A stretch of DNA of 64,000 bases from Hyphomicrobiales bacterium (GTDB lineage Bacteria; Pseudomonadota; Alphaproteobacteria; Rhizobiales; TMED25), in assembly GCA_038131735.1 (NCBI GenBank), contig JAYPPX010000001.1:960594-1024593 (forward strand). Direction: 5' to 3'. The notes beneath the pieces were generated by a model that saw nothing but the letters and a program-made list of their open reading frames with translations, was not told the DNA's origin and searched no databases. The first letter of the stretch is position 1. The number at the start of each line of letters is the position of its first letter. A program made the translations under genes and the position numbers. Of the stretch, positions 55,376 to 64,000 are shown in pieces.

Positions 55376-56555
55376 CAATACCATTACTCACTAGTTTGGT
55401 AAATGCATTTTCATCCACACCAACTTGACTTAAAATTTCAAAACTATGCTCTCCTAATTCTGGAGCAAAGTTATCTATGTTTATTGGTTTATTATTAATT
55501 AAGACTGGATTACGTATTGTCTTAATTTTAGCTCCTTGACCGTCACTTATTTCGGTTACCAGTTGCCTTTCGATGCTATGAGAATTATTTAGAGCTTCTT
55601 TGTAATTTCTTACACAACCGCATGGTATACCAGCTTCTGTCAATTTAATTTCTAAATTCGATGAGTCCCAATCCTTTATTTTATTTGCAACAACTGGGAC
55701 AAGATCGTTTTCATTTTCTTTTCTGCTGGAGTAAGAAATAAATTTAGGATTTTCTACTAAATCATTTAGATCTAGTATGTCCATCAATTTTTTGAAATGG
55801 GCATCACTCGGTGCACCTATTGCAATGTATCTTTTGTCATTAGTTTCAAATAATTGATATGGCGCACTTGCTCGGTGTGAATGCCCTAATTGTTCTGGAA
55901 CGATACCACTTGATAAGTATTCTGTTGTCTCCCATACAGCGGATGCAATAGATGCCTCGATCAAAGATACATCTGCATTCATACCTTGATTATGCTTAAT
56001 CTGCCCAATTAATCCAGCTAAAGTTGAGTAGGTTGCAAACATTGCACCAAGAATATCTGCGGTTTGCAATCCAGGCCTTGGAGGAATTTCACCTTTCTCA
56101 CCCATTACGGATAATGTTCCTGATAATGCTTCAATTATAAGATTTATACCAGCTCTATTTTTTAATTCACCTGTTTGTCCAAAACCGGATACAGATGTAT
56201 AAACAATTTTATTATTTATTTTTTTTACATCCTCTTCACCCAAACCCAGTCTTTGCATCACACCTGGTCTATTATTCTCAATTATTGCATTTGCTGTTTT
56301 TAATATCTCAAGCGCAAGAGACCTGCCACGGTCAGACTTTAAATCTAATGCTAAACTTTTTTTGTTTCTATTTAAGGTTATGAATGCAGCACTTTTCCCA
56401 TCAATTATTGGTGGTATAGCTCGTGCCAAATCACCAGTCAGAGGTTCAATTTTAATTACTTCTGCTCCCATATCCGCAAGCAACATTCCGCAGAAAGGTC
56501 CAGCAATAAAGTTACCAAACTCAATTACTCTAATACCTTCTAAAGGTCTAGCCAT
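55368..56555 (-). CDS. class III (CaiB/BaiF-family) CoA-transferase
   Basis: PLEGIRVIEFGNFIAGPFCGMLLADMGAEVIKIE is the family N-terminal signature. The start is taken at MARPLEG (56555), 5 nt after the upstream stop. Confidence 0.85.
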   Translation of the reverse strand: MARPLEGIRVIEFGNFIAGPFCGMLLADMGAEVIKIEPLTGDLARAIPPIIDGKSAAFITLNRNKKSLALDLKSDRGRSLALEILKTANAIIENNRPGVMQRLGLGEEDVKKINNKIVYTSVSGFGQTGELKNRAGINLIIEALSGTLSVMGEKGEIPPRPGLQTADILGAMFATYSTLAGLIGQIKHNQGMNADVSLIEASIASAVWETTEYLSSGIVPEQLGHSHRASAPYQLFETNDKRYIAIGAPSDAHFKKLMDILDLNDLVENPKFISYSSRKENENDLVPVVANKIKDWDSSNLEIKLTEAGIPCGCVRNYKEALNNSHSIERQLVTEISDGQGAKIKTIRNPVLINNKPINIDNFAPELGEHSFEILSQVGVDENAFTKLVSNGIAI

Positions 56556-56560
56556 ATGAT

Positions 56561-57829
56561 TTAACCTGTATATTCGAGAATATGTAGACCTAGACCCCAT
56601 CTGTCAGACATGTATATAAGACCAGTTTCACGATCTACATATACATCATTACTTTGTGGGCAACATCGTTCTTTATTTCCTGCTGGGATATAAGATCCAA
56701 CTTCTTTAGGGCTAAATGGATTACTCCAATCAATGATCCTTAATCCAGCATTAAACCAAGCAATATAAATAAGATCATTTTTTTCCATATCTAACCATAT
56801 ATTATGCGCACCATGCCTTGATCCTGTCTGCCCCCATTTAGAATCTAATGGTCTCATCTCATGTGGATCTATATCAAATGGCATATATGTGCTTACTGGA
56901 AGTGGAACATCTTTGTTTCTTAAATCATAGAATGTAATGAATGCTGGTGGATGCTCACAATTAACAGTTATAGTTTCTTGAGTAACAATTCCAAATTCAG
57001 AGCCTTTTGGCACAAGAAAACTATGATAGTTTCCAGGCCAGCCATGGGTTTCATGTGGATTATGTCTCCATTTAAATTCTGGTTTTGATGGATCAGTACA
57101 ATCAAACAATACAATTCCTCCATCCCACCATCCAGCAGTTACATAGTTACCCCATGGATTACCTTCATGGCACCAAGCTTCGTTTTTAACTATAGAGTTA
57201 TCCCATGAATACTCTTCACCGTCTTTTTGACCTTCAACCCAACCATGACCGATAAATTCAGGATTTGATGGATCTTTCATATCATGAATGAGAAGTATTT
57301 TTCCATTATAACCGTCTTTAAAACCAGAGCTATACATCAATTTTCTATCTCTATCATAGATAGGCCTGTGTATACCAAAACCATCAACTTCAACGTGTCT
57401 AATAAATTTTGGATTTATGGGATCTGATATATCAAAAACTCTTAATCCACCTTTTAGCTCTGGATATTGACCTACTAGTTTAGGCCTTAACTCTGAATTT
57501 GTGATCAGTATATCATCACTAATTCTGAGAACCTTATGGGTTCGTGCACCTGGTGAGTCTGATATTTGATTTAAAATTTTCGGCTTTGATGGATCCTTTA
57601 CATCAAGAATTGTCATACCATTATGACCATTTATTCCCGATGCAGCTACATAACATATTCCATTTGATACTTGTATTTGGAAGGCATCCCCCCAACCATT
57701 CAAATCTGAATGCCCAACTAATTTTACATTATGTGCTTGTTCTTCCCATGGCTCGTTAAGTTTGTATTCAGCGCCAACATATTGTTCTGGACCGCCAACA
57801 GGATCTGGTTTGTAGTATGGTCTGTTCAT
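56561..57829 (-). CDS. cytoplasmic beta-propeller protein with LVIVD-like repeats
   Basis: Recurrent blades end in L.I.D..DP..P (TILDVKDPSKPK, RVFDISDPINPK, LLIHDMKDPSNPE, VLFDCTDPSKPE, RIIDWSNPFSPK). There is no signal peptide. Confidence 0.6.
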   Translation of the reverse strand: MNRPYYKPDPVGGPEQYVGAEYKLNEPWEEQAHNVKLVGHSDLNGWGDAFQIQVSNGICYVAASGINGHNGMTILDVKDPSKPKILNQISDSPGARTHKVLRISDDILITNSELRPKLVGQYPELKGGLRVFDISDPINPKFIRHVEVDGFGIHRPIYDRDRKLMYSSGFKDGYNGKILLIHDMKDPSNPEFIGHGWVEGQKDGEEYSWDNSIVKNEAWCHEGNPWGNYVTAGWWDGGIVLFDCTDPSKPEFKWRHNPHETHGWPGNYHSFLVPKGSEFGIVTQETITVNCEHPPAFITFYDLRNKDVPLPVSTYMPFDIDPHEMRPLDSKWGQTGSRHGAHNIWLDMEKNDLIYIAWFNAGLRIIDWSNPFSPKEVGSYIPAGNKERCCPQSNDVYVDRETGLIYMSDRWGLGLHILEYTG

Positions 57830-57855
57830 TTTAAAACCTCATTTGTAGCAAAAAA

Positions 57856-58671
57856 TTATCCTTCAATTTCATATGCTGCTTCATCTAATTCTTCTGGTGA
57901 AATTAATACCTTCATATTATCAGTTACAAATGTAACATCAATCCTCATGCCAGCATCTAATGCTCTCACAAGATCAGTTCCTTCTTCAAATTCACGATCG
58001 GATGGAGGTAGTTGAATTAATTTATCTAGAGGTCCTCTTCTCCATGCGTGGATTGGTACTAATTTATAAATATCATCAGAGTCAAAGTCATTAATATCTC
58101 TACGTATATCCTTTAAAGTTCCAACTTTTGATCCTTCAAGTGGATATACAATTCTGTCGTTATTCCAGTCAACTTGAGCTTTTACTATATCGTTATTACT
58201 TTTCTCGTGCTCCTCTAATGGTGATACCATGGTGGCAATACCAACATCAGAGTCAGATAAAGCATACATTAGCGCTTGCATGTAGTATGGTTTAAGCTCA
58301 GGCATATCATCAGGGACAGCGACAACTATGTCATGAGTATAATATCTATCAAATTTATTAACTGTTGCAGCAATCCTTTCTGCACCGGATTTTGATCTAT
58401 AATTATGATCTTTTCCGAATTCGGACATATCTGTTTTTACTGAATAAGCTCCATTACTTTGTAATTCCGTAACCTGTTCATCAGATACACCATCTACAAT
58501 AACACTTCCAATACCAGAGTCACTAACATTTCTAAAAGCCTTTATCATAGCTTTTATTTGCTCTTTTGGCTTTGGAGGCTCTGTTGAGAGATCTCTAATA
58601 CCTAACTCAGATGCAACAATAATTAATGGATTAAAAATCATTGAACGATTTTTTTCAAACTTATAATACAC
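57856..58671 (-). CDS. divergent KdsB-like (CMP-sugar cytidylyltransferase fold) protein with a degenerate nucleotide-binding motif
   Basis: By eye it aligns to E. coli KdsB: SGAERIAATVNK vs SGTERLAEVVEK, VVAVPDDMP vs VNVQGDEP, and VGIATMVSPLEEHE vs VGMATLAVPIHNAEE. The C-terminal EFEEGTDLVRALDAGMRIDV aligns with [20 protein letters not shown]. The start is uncertain (58671 or 58641). Confidence 0.5.
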   Translation of the reverse strand: MYYKFEKNRSMIFNPLIIVASELGIRDLSTEPPKPKEQIKAMIKAFRNVSDSGIGSVIVDGVSDEQVTELQSNGAYSVKTDMSEFGKDHNYRSKSGAERIAATVNKFDRYYTHDIVVAVPDDMPELKPYYMQALMYALSDSDVGIATMVSPLEEHEKSNNDIVKAQVDWNNDRIVYPLEGSKVGTLKDIRRDINDFDSDDIYKLVPIHAWRRGPLDKLIQLPPSDREFEEGTDLVRALDAGMRIDVTFVTDNMKVLISPEELDEAAYEIEG

Positions 58672-58695
58672 AAAAGTTTGCCTTATGAAGATAAG

Positions 58696-58724
58696 AACCT
58701 CGAGGCAATTAAAACCTCGAGGTT
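58696..58724 (-). terminator. 10-bp GC-rich hairpin between the M24 gene and the KdsB-like gene
   Basis: AACCTCGAGG-N9-CCTCGAGGTT. On the minus strand it is followed by CTTATCTTC, a weak U-tract. It starts 17 nt after the M24 stop. Confidence 0.45.
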
Positions 58725-58740
58725 TGTATTTATGTTAAGA

Positions 58741-60087
58741 TTATTTTTGTGGGTAACCAAAAATTTCAGCATGATGGAATTCACCTGGTCTGTAACCAGC
58801 CACAGCTTCTTCCATATGTTCCATTTTGGTAAACACAGATGGACCGTCTTTAGTAACAAGAACGTTCTCTTCAAGTCTACATGTTTGAGGTAGACCAGCA
58901 TGTCCAGCAAAAGTCTCAATAGCAAAATACATATTTTCTTTAATCTCAGCTGGATATTTGAGTGAGTAAGCTCTACTCATCCACATACCTTCATAAAGAG
59001 TTATACCAATTGAGTGAGCAAACTGTTGTAATGTAACTGTTCCAAACTTATCATCGTCATACTCAGGGAATTTTGATACAACATCTGCAGATGTTTTTCC
59101 TGGTTTAAGATTCTCAAGTCCAGCGTACATAGAGTCATATGTTTCACGGTAAAGATCAATCTCTTGTTGTGACATTTTTGCTCCACATTTGAATGTTCTC
59201 ACATAGTCGATGAAATATCCACCTGGTCCTACTGCGTTAATATCAACAATAAGCAAATCACCTTGTTGAATTAGTTTATCAGTTGCCCATCTTCTGTATG
59301 GACTTGTGTTACCACCGGAAGCCACGATAATATCGTAGATAATTTCACAACCACGAGATAGCATAAAATCGTGTACTTTAGCTTCAATTTGGCGTTCTGT
59401 AATTCCTGGTTTTAACCATTCGTGCTTTACGTGCCACATAGCAGCATCACCGATAGATGATGACATTTTAAGGTGTTCAATTTCGTCAATAGTTTTTACA
59501 ACCCTAGCCCTTGACATAGCAGGCCATCCATTAACGATTTTGATACCAGCTTTTTCCATCGCATGAAGTGCAGGCATATCAAGCTGATCAACACCAATTT
59601 TTTCATTTTGGACACCGTTATCGACAAGAACTTGCTTAACAGTTGCAACCATCTTATCAGCCATTTCACCAACGGCACCCTCAGCCCATTGCCAAGTCAT
59701 CGCTGGTCTTATATTTTCTTCGCCTAACCAAGGTAGATCTAGGAAAGCATTTCTCATATCAGAACCTGCAGTTTCAAAAAGAACTGGGTCACCATCTCTT
59801 GGAAGCACAGCATATCTGATGTTGATGTTATATTTCCAGTTACCTTGATAAGATCCAGTGATGTATCTTACGTTAGCACCTTGGAAAACCACAAGTGCCC
59901 CAAGATCATCAGCTTCCATCTCTGCTCTTATTCTTTCTAATCTTTGACGTCTTAATCTTTCATGATCAACACGATATTGCCAATCTGCACCAGTTTGACT
60001 ATACAATCTTCTTGGATTTGTATGGTGCTGCTCTTGTATAAAGCTAGTGTCTAGCTGATAACCCTTTGAAGGATCTACTGGTTTCAT
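58741..60087 (-). CDS. M24-family (pita-bread fold) metallohydrolase with a long N-terminal domain; creatinase/prolidase-like, DddP-like candidate
   Basis: 448 aa. Metal-site pattern VDINAVGPGGYFIDYVRTF ... AHSIG ... FAIETF ... RLEENVLVT. A strong SD (AAAGGGGAG) precedes the ATG. Confidence 0.7.
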   Translation of the reverse strand: MKPVDPSKGYQLDTSFIQEQHHTNPRRLYSQTGADWQYRVDHERLRRQRLERIRAEMEADDLGALVVFQGANVRYITGSYQGNWKYNINIRYAVLPRDGDPVLFETAGSDMRNAFLDLPWLGEENIRPAMTWQWAEGAVGEMADKMVATVKQVLVDNGVQNEKIGVDQLDMPALHAMEKAGIKIVNGWPAMSRARVVKTIDEIEHLKMSSSIGDAAMWHVKHEWLKPGITERQIEAKVHDFMLSRGCEIIYDIIVASGGNTSPYRRWATDKLIQQGDLLIVDINAVGPGGYFIDYVRTFKCGAKMSQQEIDLYRETYDSMYAGLENLKPGKTSADVVSKFPEYDDDKFGTVTLQQFAHSIGITLYEGMWMSRAYSLKYPAEIKENMYFAIETFAGHAGLPQTCRLEENVLVTKDGPSVFTKMEHMEEAVAGYRPGEFHHAEIFGYPQK

Positions 60088-60348
60088 ATTTACTCCCCTT
60101 TAACTTACTTAGACATCATATAATTCAAGCTTATTGATGTTATGTTTAATAGTTTTTCTATTTAACACATAATTAGTTTGGAATGCAATCTCATTTGTCA
60201 AAAAAACAATCAAATACACGAAAAATACAGCTGTAGAACATGATAAAAAATAAGTGATGGAATCAATATTGATACATTAACTAAATTTGATCGATAATAT
60301 CAAAAAAACAATACAATCAGAAGTTTATAAAACTAGTTATTTTGGAAG

Positions 60349-60425
60349 TGGTGGGCGATCCAGGACTCGAACCTGGGACCACTCCGTTATGAGCGGAGGG
60401 CTCTAACCAACTGAGCTAATCGCCC
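60349..60425 (-). tRNA. tRNA with anticodon CAU (elongator Met type; Ile2/lysidine type not excluded), CCA encoded
   Basis: The minus strand folds as a cloverleaf: GGGCGAT TA GCTC AGTTGGTTA GAGC C CTCCG CTCATAA CGGAG TGGTC CCAGG TTCGAGT CCTGG ATCGCCC A CCA. Confidence 0.92.
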
Positions 60426-60504
60426 GGAATTTTTTTTATAGTACCAGAATCTTCATAAGTAAAGCTACAATTAAACTAATATTTTAATTTTTACAATCCT
60501 ATAC

Positions 60505-62469
60505 TTATGAGTCTAAGAAGCTCCTTAATTTCCTGCTTCTTGATGGATGCTTCAATTTTCTTAGAGCTTTGGCTTCTATTTGACGAATACGCTCTCTTGT
60601 AACTGAAAATTGTTGCCCTACTTCTTCAAGGGTATGATCGGTATTCATGCCTATGCCAAATCTCATTCTTAACACTCTCTCTTCACGTGGAGTTAGTGTT
60701 GCCAAAACCCTTGTTGTTGTATCCCTAAGATTAGAATGAATAGCTGCATCTATAGGCAACATAACGTTTTTATCTTCAATAAAATCTCCTAGGTGACTAT
60801 CATCTTCATCTCCAACAGGCGTCTCAAGAGAAATAGGCTCTTTAGCTATTTTCATTACTTTTCTTACTTTATCCAGTGGCATACCAAGCTTCTCTGATAT
60901 CTCCTCTGGTGTTGGCTCGCGCCCAATTTCATTTAAGATCTGTCGTGAAGTTCTAACAATTTTATTTATTGTTTCTATCATATGAACTGGTATTCTAATT
61001 GTTCTTGCCTGATCAGCTATTGAACGTGTTATCGCTTGCCTTATCCACCAAGTAGCATAGGTTGAAAATTTATAACCACGACGGTATTCAAATTTTTCTA
61101 CAGCTTTCATCAAGCCAATATTTCCTTCTTGGATCAAATCAAGGAATTGAAGACCACGATTAGTGTACTTTTTAGCAATAGATATGACCAATCTAAGATT
61201 TGCCTCTACCATCTCCCTTTTTGCAGTATGTGATTCTCTTTCACCTTTTTGAACCATTTGAACAATATTTCTAAATTCTCCAATATCCACACCCGCTTCC
61301 GTGGCTAATGAGGTGATTTCATCCCTAATTATCTTTATTTCGTTCTTTTCTGAAGATGCAAATTCTTTCCATCCTTTTGCTGATAATCTTGAAACCCGCC
61401 TTACCCAATTAGTATCTAATTCATTATCGTGATATTGTTTTATAAATTCATCCCGATCGACACCATAGCTTTCGGCAAGTCTCATTAATTTACCCTCAAG
61501 AGACATGAGCCTCTTGTTGATATTGTAAAGCTGATGAACTAGTGCTTCGATCCTGTTTGCGTTAAGGGATAATGCGTTTACTTCATCAATTAAAACTGAT
61601 CTAATTTTTGAGTATTTTTTTTCTTCAGCTGCTGTAAAGTTTTTTGTATTGGCATTCTTTTTTTCAAGAGATTTTTTAAATTTCTCAAGATTAGCATACT
61701 CTTTCGCTATTATATTAAACCTCGCTGAAACTTGTTCACTCAGTGCAGCTTCCATGGCGGTTAGTGATAGATTATTCTCATTATCTTCATCATCTTGATC
61801 TTCTTCAATTTCTTGCAGAGGTTCATCTTGATTGTCATCTTCGACTGTTTGTGTTTCTTTTGGTTCTTCTTCTGCAATTTCTACTTTTGGCATTTCCTGT
61901 GCATCGGGACCTGAATAAGTTGCTTCAAGATCGATGATATCTCTTAATAAAATATCACCATCATTAAGCTGGTCTCTCCAAATAATAATCGCTTGAAATG
62001 TCAAAGGACTCTCACATAGTCCTCTCATCATTGCTTCTTTCCCAGCTTCAATCCGCTTAGCAATTGCTATTTCACCATCTCTTGAGAGTAACTCAACAGA
62101 TCCCATTTCTTTTAGATACATTCTTACAGGATCATCAGATCTATCCGCACCTGATGATGATGTCTGATCGATTTTTACTGGAAGTTGTCCTTCAGACTCT
62201 GAACCCAATTGTTCGTCAGCTTCTTCGTTTTCTATTACGTTTATCCCCATGTCTGAAAACATGGCCATAATATCTTCAATTTGTTCAGAAGATACTTCAT
62301 CTGATGGCAAAATTTCATTTAACTCATCATAAGTGATATAGCCTCTTTTTTTTCCTAACCTGATCCAACTTTTTACAGTACGATCAGAGGTATCAATTAG
62401 AGGCGCGTCCTTCTTATCTTCTATAGTATCTTCGGTTGTAACTTGTGTTTCTTTTTTAGCTGCAGGCAT
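60505..62469 (-). CDS. rpoD: primary RNA polymerase sigma factor RpoD (sigma-70)
   Basis: 654 aa with an acidic region 1, [27 protein letters not shown], and a region 4 HTH. Confidence 0.97.
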   Translation of the reverse strand: MPAAKKETQVTTEDTIEDKKDAPLIDTSDRTVKSWIRLGKKRGYITYDELNEILPSDEVSSEQIEDIMAMFSDMGINVIENEEADEQLGSESEGQLPVKIDQTSSSGADRSDDPVRMYLKEMGSVELLSRDGEIAIAKRIEAGKEAMMRGLCESPLTFQAIIIWRDQLNDGDILLRDIIDLEATYSGPDAQEMPKVEIAEEEPKETQTVEDDNQDEPLQEIEEDQDDEDNENNLSLTAMEAALSEQVSARFNIIAKEYANLEKFKKSLEKKNANTKNFTAAEEKKYSKIRSVLIDEVNALSLNANRIEALVHQLYNINKRLMSLEGKLMRLAESYGVDRDEFIKQYHDNELDTNWVRRVSRLSAKGWKEFASSEKNEIKIIRDEITSLATEAGVDIGEFRNIVQMVQKGERESHTAKREMVEANLRLVISIAKKYTNRGLQFLDLIQEGNIGLMKAVEKFEYRRGYKFSTYATWWIRQAITRSIADQARTIRIPVHMIETINKIVRTSRQILNEIGREPTPEEISEKLGMPLDKVRKVMKIAKEPISLETPVGDEDDSHLGDFIEDKNVMLPIDAAIHSNLRDTTTRVLATLTPREERVLRMRFGIGMNTDHTLEEVGQQFSVTRERIRQIEAKALRKLKHPSRSRKLRSFLDS

Positions 62470-62568
62470 CTTTTTCTAGGTAAAAATTATTAACTCTTTG
62501 TATATAATAAATAAATCAATAAATTACTATAAATATTTATTATATTTTTTTATTTTTTAACTTTTAAA

Positions 62569-64000
62569 TTAATTGTTCTTTTTTAACCTTGATTTGTTTT
62601 TTTCATACCAATCATCAAAAGAGTTCGAAATTGTACCGATATCATGAACGTCACTTTTATGCAGTTCGTTCAAACTGCTTAGTTCATCCTTTAGTTTGAA
62701 TAATTTTTCTTCATTTTCTTTTGAGTTATTTCTTATATATTCTTGTTTTGTGGTCTCAATCTTTCGATTTAGATCATGCTTTCTTAGCTCATAAATTAAA
62801 TTTCTAAACCAATATTTTAATTCCGTTTGTTGCTCTTTGTTTGCTAGGTGTTTAATTCCAAATTCCTTGTATTCCGTATTAATAGAATTCAAAATCTCTT
62901 CAAAGCCCTTTTCAACTAGAATACTACCCAAGTGTGATACATTTTGGTTGGTAATTTTTTTGCTGTATATTGTATCAATAATTTCACTTCTCAGCTTATC
63001 AAGCTTATCATCAGATAATTTTATTGTAATTAAATCATCACTATGATCACTGAGTATTTCTGGGTAATTTAATAAAGCTTGAATGAGATAAATTTCCTCT
63101 TTCTTATAAACCAAATTATTATTACCGACATTTAATTTCCTGATAAGGTCACTGGAAGGTTTCTTAATTTTGTTTTTGAAAAATACCTTATTGGATTCAA
63201 AACTTTTTGACTTCCAAAATGCATTTAGTTTATCGTTTATGTGCAAACTATATTGTTTCCTGACCTCTATGTTCTCAATTCTGTTTATCATAGCATTCAT
63301 GTGGCTTTGAATATGGGCTCTTTCTTCAGGGGTGCCGTAATCTGGATCATTAATATGTAAATTCCAAAAAAGATCAATCAGACTGATAGAATTATTTGAT
63401 AGTTCATTTATATATTCAGTACCATAGTCTTTAATTACATCATCTGGATCCATACCTTTTGGTAAAAAAACAAAATTCATAGAATAACCTGGCTTCAATA
63501 TTGGAAATATAAGTTCCACTACTCTTTCGGCTGCTTTACTCCCCGCTTCATCCCCGTCATAGCACAGCAAGGGAATACTTGATAATTGCCATAGAAGTTT
63601 GATTTGATCCTGTGATATACTTGTGCCCATTGTGGCGACTGAATTTGGGAAACCGTTTACTGATAGAGAAATACAGTCAAAATAACCTTCCACTGCTAAT
63701 ATCTTTCTATCAGTATTTCTTACATTTTTTGCATTATAAAAATTATAAAGAATATTTTTTTTCTGAAAAATTTTAGTTTCTGGTGAGTTAATATACTTTG
63801 CTTGTGAATTTCCGCTAAGATCTCTGCCCCCGAAAGCAATAATCTTATTTTGTGGATTTGTAATTGGAAACATTATCCTATTACGAAACCTTTCATAAAA
63901 ATTTCCTTGATCGTTTTCGATTATCAGACCAGCCTCTTGGATCTGGTTATTGTTATAACCTATCGAATTTAAATGGGGAATCAACTTTCCATCTCCTCTT
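62569..64000 (-). CDS. dnaG: DNA primase, 5' end truncated by the window edge
   Basis: Toprim EGYFD...DGDEAG and a dnaG-rpoD arrangement. The frame stays open to the end of the window and the Zn-finger region is missing. Confidence 0.9.
   Translation of the reverse strand, partial: RGDGKLIPHLNSIGYNNNQIQEAGLIIENDQGNFYERFRNRIMFPITNPQNKIIAFGGRDLSGNSQAKYINSPETKIFQKKNILYNFYNAKNVRNTDRKILAVEGYFDCISLSVNGFPNSVATMGTSISQDQIKLLWQLSSIPLLCYDGDEAGSKAAERVVELIFPILKPGYSMNFVFLPKGMDPDDVIKDYGTEYINELSNNSISLIDLFWNLHINDPDYGTPEERAHIQSHMNAMINRIENIEVRKQYSLHINDKLNAFWKSKSFESNKVFFKNKIKKPSSDLIRKLNVGNNNLVYKKEEIYLIQALLNYPEILSDHSDDLITIKLSDDKLDKLRSEIIDTIYSKKITNQNVSHLGSILVEKGFEEILNSINTEYKEFGIKHLANKEQQTELKYWFRNLIYELRKHDLNRKIETTKQEYIRNNSKENEEKLFKLKDELSSLNELHKSDVHDIGTISNSFDDWYEKNKSRLKKNN

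Noticed and set aside
58678-58925. ORFs 58678-58893 (+) and 58683-58925 (-).
   Set aside because: They overlap the 3' end of the M24 gene and the intergenic hairpin, and show no motifs or RBS.
60230-60300. Short palindromes (ATCAATATTGAT; TTGAT-N7-ATCAA) upstream of the M24 gene, considered as possible operators.
   Set aside because: They are short, AT-rich and unsupported without comparative data, so they are not reported as features.
60349-60425. tRNA-Met and the tmRNA locus (9580-10051) as possible genomic-island integration sites.
   Set aside because: No integrase, no direct repeat of the tRNA or tmRNA 3' end, and no phage or transposon genes were seen nearby. The adjacent accessory-looking block lacks mobility genes.

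Overview
The window is AT-rich, very tightly packed core chromosome of a streamlined alphaproteobacterium. It looks SAR11/Pelagibacterales-like or HIMB59-like; that lineage call is an inference from composition, the permuted tmRNA and gene order. No search was run, and all gene calls come from reading motifs in the supplied translations.

Gene content in order:
- ilvIH (with a candidate leader-peptide attenuator), miaA, serB, degP, a yjeT-like gene, hflC, hflK, folA, thyA.
- A two-piece (circularly permuted) tmRNA next to alpha-type sspB.
- fumC, an RHH protein, uvrD, prmA, two small paralogous ORFs, pepP, ligA, recN, bamD, lpxC.
- A complete dcw cluster: ftsZ-ftsA-ftsQ-ddl-murB-murC-murG-ftsW-murD-mraY-murF-murE-ftsI-ftsL-rsmH-mraZ, preceded by RNase P RNA.
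- amiD-like amidase, a fused hydantoinase/oxoprolinase, and a sahR-like/metF/metH operon.
- mlaA (carrying an 87-bp tandem repeat), mlaC, and an accessory-looking block: IDH-family dehydrogenase, class III CoA-transferase, LVIVD beta-propeller, degenerate KdsB-like protein, long M24 hydrolase.
- tRNA-Met(CAU), rpoD, and dnaG (truncated by the window edge).

No rRNA, CRISPR, transposase, integrase or phage genes were seen.

Most notable observations:
- ftsZ, murG and pepP each carry a +/-1 frame break. The ftsZ break sits on an A AAA AAA heptamer.
- The tmRNA spacer is 184 nt and contains a 49-codon hydrophobic ORF.
- Five phased ATGG(G) boxes lie in front of mraZ.
- A perfect 20-bp palindrome lies in front of the sahR-like gene.
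- The uncharacterised M24 / KdsB-like / LVIVD / CoA-transferase gene block.
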